DNA of 60,862 nucleotides from Bacillota bacterium (GTDB lineage: Bacteria > Bacillota > Limnochordia > Darwinibacteriales > Darwinibacteriaceae), in NCBI GenBank assembly GCA_012521335.1, contig JAAYMM010000017.1, positions 1-60,862 of the forward strand. The letters run 5' to 3'. The position numbers were made by a program, and so were the translations under genes. The notes below the pieces were generated by a model. That model was not told the origin of the DNA, did no database searches, and saw only the letters and a list, made by a program, of their open reading frames with translations. Position 1 is the first letter of the stretch; the number at the start of each line of letters is the position of its first letter. Of the stretch, positions 37,575 to 47,365 are shown piece by piece.

Positions 37575-38513
37575 ATGAAAGGCAGATTGACGATCAACCG
37601 CAGACGAGTAATCAACTACCTGCGCAAGTACTGGTCCTTATATGTCATGCTGTCCATCCCCATCGCGTATTTCATTATTTTCCGATACATTCCCATGACC
37701 TATATCCAGATCGCCTTCAAACGCTACAGCATCGTGCAGAGCCCGTGGGAGATGCCCTGGGCCGGCGACAACGGTTTTGAGTATTTTATCAAGGCGTTCC
37801 GCAACCTGGATTTCCTCTATGCTCTGAGAAACACCCTCCTGCTGAACTTCCTCGATCTGATCATGGGCTTCCCCGCGCCGATCATCTTGGCTCTGCTCCT
37901 CAACGAACTGGCCTTTCCGCGGTTTAAGCGCCTGACGCAATCCGTGGCCTATCTGCCCCATTTCCTGTCCTGGATCATCATCGCCGGCTTGGCCAAGCAG
38001 CTTTTTGCCCCCACCTCCGGCTTGATCAACATTTTCCTGAACAGGCTGGGCTTTCAATCCATTCCGTTCTTGAACGATCCCACCCATTGGGTGTTTACGT
38101 ATGTGTTCCTAGGCATCTGGCGCAATGTGGGCTGGAACACCATTATCTACTTAGCGGCCCTCACCAATATCAACCCGGAACTCTACGAGGCTTCAGCCAT
38201 CGATGGAGCTAACCGCTGGCAGAACATCTGGTACATTACTCTGCCTGGGCTGCGCCCAACCATTTTTACCCTGCTCATCCTCAGCCTGGGCAACATCTTA
38301 AGCAGCGAGTTTGACCGCCCCTATGCTCTGAGCAACCCCTTGGTCAACAGCGTGTCCAACGTAATCTCCATCTTCGTGTACCGTTACGGTATCAGGGGCC
38401 TGCAGTTCTCACTCACCACGGCGGTGGGCCTGTTCCAGTCGGTGGTGTGCGTGATCTTCTTGGTTGCAGCTAATGCACTGGCCAAGAGGTTCGGAGAACG
38501 GGGTATTTGGTAA
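37575..38513 (+). CDS. ABC permease (LplB/YteP-like)
   Basis: LPHFLSWII, WNTIIYLAAL, ELYEASAIDGANRW. Confidence 0.92.
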   Translation: MKGRLTINRRRVINYLRKYWSLYVMLSIPIAYFIIFRYIPMTYIQIAFKRYSIVQSPWEMPWAGDNGFEYFIKAFRNLDFLYALRNTLLLNFLDLIMGFPAPIILALLLNELAFPRFKRLTQSVAYLPHFLSWIIIAGLAKQLFAPTSGLINIFLNRLGFQSIPFLNDPTHWVFTYVFLGIWRNVGWNTIIYLAALTNINPELYEASAIDGANRWQNIWYITLPGLRPTIFTLLILSLGNILSSEFDRPYALSNPLVNSVSNVISIFVYRYGIRGLQFSLTTAVGLFQSVVCVIFLVAANALAKRFGERGIW

Positions 38514-38532
38514 GAGAAAGCGGTGATGAACT

Positions 38533-39405
38533 GTGGTTAAGTCCAAACGGACCAAAGCAGGAGATCTGGCCATCGCCTTTGTCTGCGTACTGCTGATCCT
38601 TGTGTGCTTATTGCCCATGCTCAACGTTCTGGCCAGGTCTTTGAGCTCAACCGAATACATTATCCGCAATGAGGTCCTGCTCTGGCCGAAAGGCTGGAAC
38701 GTGGAGGCTTACCGCCTGGTGCTGTCTGACAGCAAGTACACCTGGTCCCTGGCCTGGACAGCCATCCTCACGGTGATCTGCGTGGCTGTGTCCATGACCA
38801 TGACCATTCTCTGCGCTTATCCCCTTATTTACCGGGATCTTAAGGGCAGGCGCTTCTTCAACACCATGATTCTCTTTACTATGTACTTCAGTGCGGGCAC
38901 CATCCCCCATTACCTGCTGTACAAAGACCTGGGGCTGCTCAACCATCCCTTGGTGCTGATCATCCCCAACAGCTTGTCCGTGTTTTACATGATCATCATG
39001 CGCACCTTCTTCTACTCTATCCCAGACAGCCTGCGGGAATCTGCAGAGATCGACGGGGCGGGCCCTGTGCGCATCCTGTTCTCCATCTACCTGCCGCTCT
39101 CCAAACCGGTTCTGGCCACTCTGTCGCTGTTTTACGCCGTGGGGCGCTGGAACGGATTCTCTGATGCCTTAATGTACATGAACGATCGCCGCTACCATCC
39201 CATCCAGCTTCTGCTCTACAACATCCTCAATGCGGTAACCAGCATCGAAATCCAAACCCAGGAGGGCTTTGCCAGCGCACCGGGCATCTCCGATACCATT
39301 CAGGCTGCCACAGTCATGTTCGCGACTGTGCCCATCCTAATCGTCTACCCCTGGCTCCAGAAGTACTTCATCAGCGGAGCCACCTTAGGGGCCCTTAAGG
39401 ACTAA
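38533..39405 (+). CDS. Carbohydrate ABC permease (LplC/YtcP-like)
   Basis: SLRESAEIDGAG, YAVGRWNGF, YPWLQKYF. Confidence 0.92.
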   Translation: MVKSKRTKAGDLAIAFVCVLLILVCLLPMLNVLARSLSSTEYIIRNEVLLWPKGWNVEAYRLVLSDSKYTWSLAWTAILTVICVAVSMTMTILCAYPLIYRDLKGRRFFNTMILFTMYFSAGTIPHYLLYKDLGLLNHPLVLIIPNSLSVFYMIIMRTFFYSIPDSLRESAEIDGAGPVRILFSIYLPLSKPVLATLSLFYAVGRWNGFSDALMYMNDRRYHPIQLLLYNILNAVTSIEIQTQEGFASAPGISDTIQAATVMFATVPILIVYPWLQKYFISGATLGALKD

Positions 39406-39475
39406 TTCCATTTAACGAGGCTGCAATGCACTTCGGTGCTGAAAAAAACAAGAGAAAAGGAAGGGATTACTGGCC

Positions 39476-41083
39476 ATGCGAAAGAGACTGTTTGTCGTGC
39501 TGTGCTTGTCCCTGCTGGTGTTAGCCAGCTCGGTCCTGGCGTTCGCGGCGGATCCAGGGTTTGTGAACGGACGTTTCACAACCACCCGCAAGATCACCGT
39601 GGAAGTCTATGACCGCAGCAACCCCGGCGGCTCCACCCCGGAAGACAACTTCTGGACCGACTTCATCAAGAAAGGCATGCTGGAGAAGTACAATGTGGAA
39701 GTAGAGTTCAAGCCGGTACCCCGCTGGACAGAGGTTGAAGTAATCAACAACCTCTTGGCTGCCGGCGATGCCCCCGATGTCTGCGTCACCTACAGCTATC
39801 CCACCATCCAGACCTATGCCAACATGGGCGGCGTCCTGGATCTGGCGCCCTATCTGGAAGAGTACAGGGAATACCTGCCCAACCTGTTCGACCTCCTGGG
39901 TGAAACCAACATTTACTGGAACCAGGATCCCAACACCGGCACCGTCTGGGCCATTGAAGCCCTGCTCTTCCAGAACAAGAAGATCAACACCTTTGTCCGG
40001 GAAGACTGGCTGAAGAAGCTCGGCCTGGAAGAACCCAGGACCATGGAAGAGTTTGAAAACATGCTGCGCGCCTTCCGCGACAACGCCGAGCTACTCCTGG
40101 GACCCGATGCTGACAAGATGATTCCCTTCTCCCTCAGCTTCGACGTGGGCTGGAGAGCAGACCATGTGATCATGTCCTATGTGCCCAACGACATGTCCGA
40201 TCGGGATATGTGGGTCTACGGCTTTGATGATCGCCATCTCTTGTGGCCCAACTACAAAGAAGGCGTGCGCAAGCTCAACCAGTGGTACAATGAAGGCTTG
40301 ATCTGGAAAGACTTCCCGCTCTACGGCGCTGGCGACCGCACCGAAGACAACCTGATCAAAGCCGGTTATGTCGGGTCCTTCATCCACAACTGGGACTATC
40401 CCTATCGTGATGGCCAGGAAGGCATCCACGCCCAGCTGAGAAACATGGTGGGCGAAGATGCGGCCTTCATCGCTGTGGAGTGCTTCCCCAACGATGCCGG
40501 CATCTACCGCAAGTACCTCAGCGCTCCCGTGGACAGGAAGGTCTTCTTCCCCGCCACCAACAAGGAACCGCTGGCTTCCCTGCTCTATCTCGACTTCATC
40601 TCCAGCCTGGAAGTCCGCCGCTTCCTGCAGATTGGTGAAGAGGGCGTGCACCATATCGTCCACGAAGATGGCGCCGTTGAAATGCTGCCCGTGGTGGGCG
40701 AGAAGATCATGAACTCGCCGGCGAACATTGACTACACCATCACCATCAACGGCCTTGACCTGGGTGATCCCGTCCTCACCGCCCGGTCCATTGCTCTCAA
40801 CTATGCCGGCGTGGAAGCCAAGTACATTGAACGGGCTTACCAGATCACCAGCAACGAAGCCCGCTACGGCATCAACGTCCAGGTTGGCGAGATCAAAGCT
40901 CAAGAGGGTATGGACACGGCTCTGGCGGAGAAACGGAACAACCTCTTGGCCCAGGCCATCGTAGCTAAACCCGAAGACTTCGATACAGTCTGGGATCGCG
41001 GTTTCAATGACTACCTCCGCTCCGGCGGCCAGGCCATCATTGATGAACGGGCCCAGAAGTACGATGCCATGTATGGCAACTAA
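39476..41083 (+). CDS. Extracellular solute-binding protein (LplA-like), Sec signal without lipobox
   Basis: Signal ...VLAFA-A, NLLAAGDAPD, FVREDWLKKLGL; follows the permease pair. Confidence 0.9.
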   Translation: MRKRLFVVLCLSLLVLASSVLAFAADPGFVNGRFTTTRKITVEVYDRSNPGGSTPEDNFWTDFIKKGMLEKYNVEVEFKPVPRWTEVEVINNLLAAGDAPDVCVTYSYPTIQTYANMGGVLDLAPYLEEYREYLPNLFDLLGETNIYWNQDPNTGTVWAIEALLFQNKKINTFVREDWLKKLGLEEPRTMEEFENMLRAFRDNAELLLGPDADKMIPFSLSFDVGWRADHVIMSYVPNDMSDRDMWVYGFDDRHLLWPNYKEGVRKLNQWYNEGLIWKDFPLYGAGDRTEDNLIKAGYVGSFIHNWDYPYRDGQEGIHAQLRNMVGEDAAFIAVECFPNDAGIYRKYLSAPVDRKVFFPATNKEPLASLLYLDFISSLEVRRFLQIGEEGVHHIVHEDGAVEMLPVVGEKIMNSPANIDYTITINGLDLGDPVLTARSIALNYAGVEAKYIERAYQITSNEARYGINVQVGEIKAQEGMDTALAEKRNNLLAQAIVAKPEDFDTVWDRGFNDYLRSGGQAIIDERAQKYDAMYGN

Positions 41084-41101
41084 AGCAGAATAGGCAAACT
41101 A

Positions 41102-41141
41102 AAGGGGCTGCACTTGATTTTGGTGCAGCCCCTTCTTTTTT
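41102..41141 (+). terminator. Intrinsic terminator
   Basis: AAGGGGCTGCAC-9 nt-GTGCAGCCCCTT followed by CTTTTTT. Confidence 0.85.
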
Positions 41142-41149
41142 GGTGCTGG

Positions 41150-43036
41150 TTACAGACTGGCCCTAAACGGCGAGGCAGGCAGGCCTTGGGCATTGTACAG
41201 GTTGGCTCCTTCGGGATTGTCGCGCCAGGCGTAGCGCACACCGCAGGGTTCAGGCACGGCAGTGCTCCACACCTTCACCGTCTCCCCATCAATCTGGGCC
41301 TGGGCCGGATGGAACACTCCGTCTGCGCCGCAGATCTCGAACCAGCGCAGTTCTCCGTCTTTGGCCACCAAGCCTCCCTCCGTGCCGGTAAAGTAGACCC
41401 GCAGGGCACCGTTATCCCGCTCCAGGCGTTCATAGAGGGGTCCCTGGAAAGGAACGGGCTCTCCAAAGATCATGTTGCGAGCGGCCCGGTGCAGCCGCAA
41501 GGCAATGTCCTTTTTGTTCTGGGGATGCAGATCGTTGGCTTCTCCCACATCAATGGTCACCGCCATGGCTGTGTTGGGAACAGTGAGTGTCTGCAGCTGG
41601 GCTTCCCTAACGAGAGCCCACCGCTCCGGATCATCATCTTCATAGGCAGACGTATCATAATTGGTCAGCTGCACGAAGAAGAAGGGCAGGTTGGGGTTTC
41701 CAAAGTGCTGGCGCCATTCTTCGATGAGCAGAGCAAAGCGCTGGTGGTAATGCTCTGGGTTGTGGGAGTTAGACTCGCCCTGGTACCACAGCACCCCGCG
41801 TACGGCACAGCCCCGCAAAGGAGCGATCATGGCGTTGAACATGCCGCTGGGTTTCTGATGCGGGCGCGTCATGTAGGGCAGAGCCTCCGCGGAGCAGCCG
41901 ATCTTGTACTTCCACTCCCCAGCAAGGTCAATGCACTTGTCGCCTATCTCCAAAACGTAACGCTTGCCAGGCACCAAGCCCCCTGTCTTCCTGACCACAA
42001 CCACGCGCACGGCAATGGTGTTAGTCCCCGGCCGCAGTACTCCCGCGGGCACGCGGTATTTGCGGGGCGGATATTTATAGCCTGTATTGCCCACAAGAAT
42101 ACCGTTGATGTAGGTGTCGTCGGCATCAAAGACGGCCCCTAGGCGCAGCAGAGCAGCGCGTCCGGCAAGCTCTGCGTCCAATTCCACCTCCCTGCGCAGC
42201 CAGACCACCCCGTGACAGTGCTCCAGTTCTGTACCTTTCCAGATCTGGGGCAGAGTGATCTTGGACCACTGGGAGTCATCCAGCTCGCAGCTGTACCAGG
42301 GAACTTCGCCCTGGCACCCTGGATCCCGGGCAGCCAGCTCCCGCAGCCACTGCTCGGCCTGTTCTTGTTCAGTCTGCAGAATACTCTCCATGTAACCAGG
42401 CTCTTTTAAGCGTGCCACTATGTCCTCAAAACCGCCCAGGGACTGGATGGTCTCTTCGCTGAGCCAGGCCTCCACGTGGCTGCCGCCCACAGCGGTGAGC
42501 ACCAGGCCTACGGGCACTCTGTACCTGGCGTAATGGGCTTGGGCGAAGAAATAGCCGAGGGCGCTGAACTCCAGAACTGTCTGGGGATTGACCTCCTGCC
42601 AAGTACCTCCGGGCAGGTCACGCTGCGGCCCTTGGAAGTTGTACGTGATGGGTACCCGAAATTGGCGGATCCAAGGATTTTCCACGGCCCGCACTTCTTC
42701 TCCGTACAGATCCAAGGTGCGGGCAATGGGCATCTCCATGTTGGACTGACCGCCCAAAAGGAACACATCACCGATGAGGATATCACGAATGACAAGCTTC
42801 CCGCTGGCCCCCTCGATCACAAGCTCAAAGGGCCCCCCCGCCTCTTGGGGCGGCAGTTCCAGCGTCCACGCGCCTTCAGCGTCGCTTTGACAGAAGTAGG
42901 CAGCACCTCTGAACCTCGCTTCTAGACGCTCGTTGGGACGGGCCTTGCCCCAGATGCGCAGGGGTACTTCGCGCTGCAGCACCATGCCGTCGGAAAAGAT
43001 GGGTGCCGCTTGCAGACTAAACTCCTCTTTGACCAA
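41150..43036 (-). CDS. Sialate O-acetylesterase-like SGNH carbohydrate esterase
   Basis: GGQSNM, WYQGESN, DLHPQNK; central beta-sandwich insertion. Confidence 0.88.
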   Translation of the reverse strand: MVKEEFSLQAAPIFSDGMVLQREVPLRIWGKARPNERLEARFRGAAYFCQSDAEGAWTLELPPQEAGGPFELVIEGASGKLVIRDILIGDVFLLGGQSNMEMPIARTLDLYGEEVRAVENPWIRQFRVPITYNFQGPQRDLPGGTWQEVNPQTVLEFSALGYFFAQAHYARYRVPVGLVLTAVGGSHVEAWLSEETIQSLGGFEDIVARLKEPGYMESILQTEQEQAEQWLRELAARDPGCQGEVPWYSCELDDSQWSKITLPQIWKGTELEHCHGVVWLRREVELDAELAGRAALLRLGAVFDADDTYINGILVGNTGYKYPPRKYRVPAGVLRPGTNTIAVRVVVVRKTGGLVPGKRYVLEIGDKCIDLAGEWKYKIGCSAEALPYMTRPHQKPSGMFNAMIAPLRGCAVRGVLWYQGESNSHNPEHYHQRFALLIEEWRQHFGNPNLPFFFVQLTNYDTSAYEDDDPERWALVREAQLQTLTVPNTAMAVTIDVGEANDLHPQNKKDIALRLHRAARNMIFGEPVPFQGPLYERLERDNGALRVYFTGTEGGLVAKDGELRWFEICGADGVFHPAQAQIDGETVKVWSTAVPEPCGVRYAWRDNPEGANLYNAQGLPASPFRASL

Positions 43037-43132
43037 TGCAACTCACCTTTCTTCGCCATGTTTGTCCCGGAGACAGAACGCCACCGGTTTCCTGGTGAAG
43101 AATTCCTCTCCCTTGAGGCTATTTCCTGCAGT

Positions 43133-43157
43133 AAAAAACCGCCCTGTTCCTGGGCGG
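43133..43157 (-). terminator. Intrinsic terminator after tlp
   Basis: Minus strand CCGCCC-7 nt-GGGCGG-TTTTTT. Confidence 0.75.
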
Positions 43158-43165
43158 CTTGCTCC

Positions 43166-43405
43166 TCACTCCTCCTGCCTCTGCTGGAAGGCATATTCAT
43201 CGCGGATTTCTTCCCGTTTGGCCTCTATAGCCTGCTCACGGCGGCGGTTTTTGGCTCGGATGGCCTCCTTCTGCTCTTCCGGCAGGTTCATCTGCAGAGT
43301 CTTGTGGGCTTCTTCCAGGTTTTCAATGGTGTTCACCACCTGCTCCCGGAGCTTCTCCACATTGTCACTGCGGTCGTCAGGTTTGGGCCCCTGTCGTTTG
43401 GTCAT
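43166..43405 (-). CDS. tlp: Small acid-soluble spore protein Tlp
   Basis: KPDDRSDNVEKL...NTIENLEEA...KNRRREQAIEAKREEIRDE; ATG 43405 after GAGAGGAG. Confidence 0.9.
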   Translation of the reverse strand: MTKRQGPKPDDRSDNVEKLREQVVNTIENLEEAHKTLQMNLPEEQKEAIRAKNRRREQAIEAKREEIRDEYAFQQRQEE

Positions 43406-43435
43406 GCTATCTCCTCTCTCCTTTTTGCTCCCTTC

Positions 43436-43465
43436 TAGCATGGCCTCGGCTCTCGATTTTTATCC
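43436..43465 (-). promoter_or_regulatory. sigmaG/sigmaF-type forespore promoter of tlp
   Basis: Minus strand GGATA-N18-CATGCTA. Confidence 0.7.
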
Positions 43466-43475
43466 GCTGTTCAGC

Positions 43476-43504
43476 TTGACAAAAGACCCCAAGACGCCTA
43501 CGCT
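43476..43504 (+). promoter_or_regulatory. Candidate sigmaA promoter for the patatin gene
   Basis: TTGACA-N17-TACGCT. Confidence 0.45.
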
Positions 43505-43578
43505 TTCACTATACGGTGCTCGCCAAAAAGAGCGCCCCAGATGCGAACTGATCTACTGCTGACATGTTCGCTTAGGAG

Positions 43579-45234
43579 TTGAGGTTGATGCATAGAAGAA
43601 AACTTGCCAGCGGCCTGCTTGTGGCAGTCCTGCTGCTGAGCTTGGCCTCCCCTGGCCTAGCCGCCGAGCAGACCAGGCCCACGGTCGCCCTGGTCCTGGG
43701 CGGAGGCGCCGCGCGGGGCTTCACCCACATAGGGCTGATCAAGGCCTTGGAAGAACACGGTATTCCCATCGACATGATCGTAGGCACCAGTATGGGCAGC
43801 ATCGTGGCTGGGCTCTACGCCGCCGGTTATTCCGTAAGCAACATGGAAGAGGTGGCTGTTCATCTGGATACCTCCAAGCTGTTTGACATCCCCTTCCCGC
43901 CCACCGGCGGCGTGGTCGACAGCACAGGCATTCAGCAGTTCCTGGATGTGCTCCTAGATGGGAAGACCTACGCGGAACTGCCCATCCCCTTCAAGTCGGT
44001 TGTAGTCAACCTGGGCACCGGCCGAGAACTGGCCTTGAGCGAAGGCAAGGTGAGTGTGGGAATCCAGGCCAGCATGTCCATTCCCGGTGTGTTTCCCCCG
44101 GTGCAGATCGGCGAGAACTACTACGTGGACGGAGGCCTGAAAAACCAAGTACCGGCCAACGTGGCCGCGGACATGGGAGCAGATGTGATCATCGCGGTAT
44201 CCCTGGAACCGGACTACGTGAACCCAGACTACAACAGGATAATGAACAACCTGCGCATGTCCTTAACCGCGATGATGGAAGGATACACCGAGATCAACAC
44301 GGCCATGGCCGACGTACTTATCGTGCCCGAGGTGGGGTTGGATTCCTCGTGGGAGTTCCAAAAAGCCGCCTATTTCATCCAACAAGGCTACCAGGCCGGC
44401 CTCAAGTACATGGAACAGATTAAGGCCGTGATCCTGGCCAAGGATCCCACCTTCCAGTTCCACCCCTATCGCCAGCCGGGCTTAAGTGCTGGTGAACTGA
44501 AGGCCATCGTGCAGAAGGCGGAGCGGCGCGTAGCTAACCTGCCCAAACGCTTCACCTTTAAGCCGGAACTCCAGTTCGACAGCGACTACAACTTCCCCAA
44601 AATCGGCTTCAAGTTCACCCACGGCCCCCTTTCCTGGTTTGGCATTGGTTACCGCTACGGTTTTGACCCGGACAACGGAGGCCACGAGCTGTTTGTGGAC
44701 TGGGGACGGGCCCAGTGGGGTTCCGTGGACCTTTTCCTGCGCAAAAGTGAAAACCGAGAACGGCCCACTTTCGGCGTATCGGTCACCGGTCCAAGATTTG
44801 ACAAGCTGATGCTGGAAGCAACCTGGGTCTCCCAGGGTGAACGGGCCTGGCAGGTAGCGGCCACCAACAGCAAACTGGTTGATTATTCCCGGGCTGTGGC
44901 AGGGCTTTCCCTCAAGGTGAGCGGCCTGCGGCGTGAAGAAGACCAACCCATTGAAGAGACGCTCCGCCTGGCCTTGGCTCCGCAGGTGCAGGTCTACCCC
45001 TGGGGCGATGAGCACTTCCCGGTGGGCTTTGCCCTGGTGCGTCCCTACCTGTTGGGCGGTGTAACGGTGGAAACCCCCGTTACGGAGCTGAACGTACAGC
45101 CCAGCCTGCGGGTGGGCATCGGCAGCGAACTGCACTTTTTCGGCCTCTACCCCACGGACATCTCCTTAGGGGTGGAGCTGGACAGCAGCGCCAAAGCTAC
45201 AGTGCACTTTGGCATCACCGGGCTTAAGTTCTGA
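43579..45234 (+). CDS. Patatin-like phospholipase with C-terminal beta-strand-rich domain
   Basis: Signal peptide, GGGAARG, GTSMG, DGG; C-terminal ~230 aa amphipathic strands ending in Phe. Alternative start ATG 43588. Confidence 0.88.
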   Translation: MRLMHRRKLASGLLVAVLLLSLASPGLAAEQTRPTVALVLGGGAARGFTHIGLIKALEEHGIPIDMIVGTSMGSIVAGLYAAGYSVSNMEEVAVHLDTSKLFDIPFPPTGGVVDSTGIQQFLDVLLDGKTYAELPIPFKSVVVNLGTGRELALSEGKVSVGIQASMSIPGVFPPVQIGENYYVDGGLKNQVPANVAADMGADVIIAVSLEPDYVNPDYNRIMNNLRMSLTAMMEGYTEINTAMADVLIVPEVGLDSSWEFQKAAYFIQQGYQAGLKYMEQIKAVILAKDPTFQFHPYRQPGLSAGELKAIVQKAERRVANLPKRFTFKPELQFDSDYNFPKIGFKFTHGPLSWFGIGYRYGFDPDNGGHELFVDWGRAQWGSVDLFLRKSENRERPTFGVSVTGPRFDKLMLEATWVSQGERAWQVAATNSKLVDYSRAVAGLSLKVSGLRREEDQPIEETLRLALAPQVQVYPWGDEHFPVGFALVRPYLLGGVTVETPVTELNVQPSLRVGIGSELHFFGLYPTDISLGVELDSSAKATVHFGITGLKF

Positions 45235-45266
45235 AAAGCACGGGCCTCAGTTGGCCCGTGCTTTTT
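45234..45266. terminator. Bidirectional terminator overlapping the eda stop
   Basis: AAAAGCACGGGCC-TCAGTT-GGCCCGTGCTTTT. Confidence 0.85.
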
Positions 45267-45894
45267 GCACTGCTTGCACGTATTGGCCGGCCAGCTCAGT
45301 GAGGGCTGGCCAGTCTTTTTTGGCCACAATGTCCTTGCTCACCAGGGCAGAACCAACGCCCACAAACACTGCTCCGGCCTTGAGGAAATCCCCCAGGTTG
45401 TCCAGGTTTACTCCGCCGGTGGGGGTGAGTTTCACCTGAGGCAGCGGGCCGCGCACATCTCGGAAGAACTCCGGCCCCAGTTTGGTGGCGGGGAAAACCT
45501 TAACAACATCGGCCCCGGCTTCCCAGGCTGTGAGTATTTCCGTGGGCGTGAACGCGCCAGGAATCACGATCTTGCCGTAGCGCTTGCACATGGCGATGAG
45601 TTCTTTGTTGAGAACCGGGGAGACGATGAAATCGGCCCCCGCCAGCATAGCCACCCGGGCCGTCTCGGGGTCTAATACCGAGCCGGCGCCGATGACCGCC
45701 TTACCTTTCAGCACCTGCGCAGCCCTGTAGATGGCTTCAGTGGCACCGGGGGAAGTCATGGTAATCTCCACCGCGATCACCCCGCCGGCCACCAAGGCTT
45801 CACAGATGGAGACCAGCTCATCTCCGCTCTGGGTGCGGATTACCGCCACGATTCCGCACTCTTCGATCCGCTTCAACTGCTCCTCCTTGGTCAT
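45247..45894 (-). CDS. eda: KDPG/KHG aldolase
   Basis: VAVIR, VEITMTSP, GAGSVLD, KVFPA, PTGGV; ATG 45894 has the best SD spacing. Confidence 0.93.
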   Translation of the reverse strand: MTKEEQLKRIEECGIVAVIRTQSGDELVSICEALVAGGVIAVEITMTSPGATEAIYRAAQVLKGKAVIGAGSVLDPETARVAMLAGADFIVSPVLNKELIAMCKRYGKIVIPGAFTPTEILTAWEAGADVVKVFPATKLGPEFFRDVRGPLPQVKLTPTGGVNLDNLGDFLKAGAVFVGVGSALVSKDIVAKKDWPALTELAGQYVQAVQKARAN

Positions 45895-46012
45895 GTGCAA
45901 AACCTCCCGTACTATGGCTTACAACACTCCGCTGTCTTCCTTAGGTTTTTCTCCACTGCTACCCGGCAAATCCTGCCCTGGCGGCAGCAGGTGGCATTTT
46001 TTCCCGAGAATG

Positions 46013-46047
46013 GGAAAGCCGGAAGTGGCGGCTTCTTCCGGCTTTCC
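46013..46047. other. 13-bp hairpin downstream of the MMPL operon
   Basis: GGAAAGCCGGAAG-9 nt-CTTCCGGCTTTCC, no U-tract. Confidence 0.6.
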
Positions 46048-46060
46048 TGAACACTTGCGG

Positions 46061-47335
46061 CTAGAACTGATACTTAAAGGCCAGCCTAGCCTGGGTGGGA
46101 ATATGCTTGAAACCTCCCTTGTCTCCGAAGGGCTGCAGCAGGCTCAGCTCCAGCTGGACGCCCTGCGCCAAGCGGTGGGTATAGGATGGGCGGATAATAC
46201 CCGCCTCTTCTTTGGTCCCATACAGGACTACCAAGGCGGCGCTGCTGTCGGGGTTGAAGTCATAGGACAAGCGCCCGTACAAGTAGTGGGCCCCCTCAAT
46301 ATCGCCCGCCTGCGGCGGTGCATCGGGCAGCAGTTTGGGTGCTGTATACGGGGCCAACAGCGCTCCCTGGCCTCTGTACACGTATTGGGCCTGCACCAAG
46401 AGCCCGTTGCCCACGTTAATGGTATAGTCTCCGCCCACAACGGCCTGGAAGTACTTTTCGTTTATGGACATGGGGATGCGGAGTTCCAGAGGATTGTCAG
46501 ACTCGGCAAACGGCTGCGGGCCTCCGTAGGCCGCCTCAGCCCAGAACCCGGCCTGCCCCAACGTACCGGCCAGAGCTAGTCCGAAGAGGTGCTGGCGGCG
46601 GTATGTGCCTTCAATCTTCGGGTTCGGCTGAGCGGTCAGATCCAATACCATCTCTAAGCCGGGCAGAGGTTCGTAGCCCCAGAAGTAGCTGGCCTGCAGG
46701 TCAAAGCCGGCGAGTTGGGTCTCCAATCGGAGAGCCACTTCGGGATTGCCCAAACCGGGCTTTTTGGTGTCTTTGATGGCCTGCAGCACCAGGGCTCCTT
46801 GAGGATCTGCTCCCAGCAGCATCTGCTCCATGAGCTCGTCGATTTCCTGGGGGGCAAACACGGGGATGAGCACCCCCGTGGCCGACCACGCAGGCGCGTA
46901 ATACTCCACCCTGCCGGCCCACACCGGGTCGCCGCTGAGTTCACCGCTGAACAGAGAACTGCTGCTCAAGCGGGCAAAGTAATTGGTGGGGTTAAAGCCA
47001 TCGGCGGTGCCCCAGCTGATCAGCTGGCGGCCAATTTGGTAGTCGAAGTCGCCGGAGTAGCCTTTCAGCCACACTTGGTCCACCGCGATGCTTGCATCCT
47101 TGAGCTTCCAGTCCAGCCAGCCCTTGGTGGAGAAATGCAGTTTGCCCAGCTTATCCAGCTCATCTTCCACCGCGACCCTAAAGCCGGTGCGGAAGGATGT
47201 GAGCTCTCCTGTTTTTTCATCACGGTCCCAGTCATAGCTGATACTGCCGTACAGCTCCCCCGTTGGCGTCACCGCCCAGGCCGGCAGAGCGCAGAACAGG
47301 ACAAGGATGGCTGTCAAAATGTACACGCGTTTCAC
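46061..47335 (-). CDS. Probable outer-membrane beta-barrel protein (uncharacterised)
   Basis: Sec signal, GRQLISWGTADGFNP (porin-like motif), alternating amphipathic strands, C-terminus RLAFKYQF. Confidence 0.65.
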   Translation of the reverse strand: MKRVYILTAILVLFCALPAWAVTPTGELYGSISYDWDRDEKTGELTSFRTGFRVAVEDELDKLGKLHFSTKGWLDWKLKDASIAVDQVWLKGYSGDFDYQIGRQLISWGTADGFNPTNYFARLSSSSLFSGELSGDPVWAGRVEYYAPAWSATGVLIPVFAPQEIDELMEQMLLGADPQGALVLQAIKDTKKPGLGNPEVALRLETQLAGFDLQASYFWGYEPLPGLEMVLDLTAQPNPKIEGTYRRQHLFGLALAGTLGQAGFWAEAAYGGPQPFAESDNPLELRIPMSINEKYFQAVVGGDYTINVGNGLLVQAQYVYRGQGALLAPYTAPKLLPDAPPQAGDIEGAHYLYGRLSYDFNPDSSAALVVLYGTKEEAGIIRPSYTHRLAQGVQLELSLLQPFGDKGGFKHIPTQARLAFKYQF

Positions 47336-47365
47336 AGTAGTCACCCTCCTCTATGGCTCTCCATG

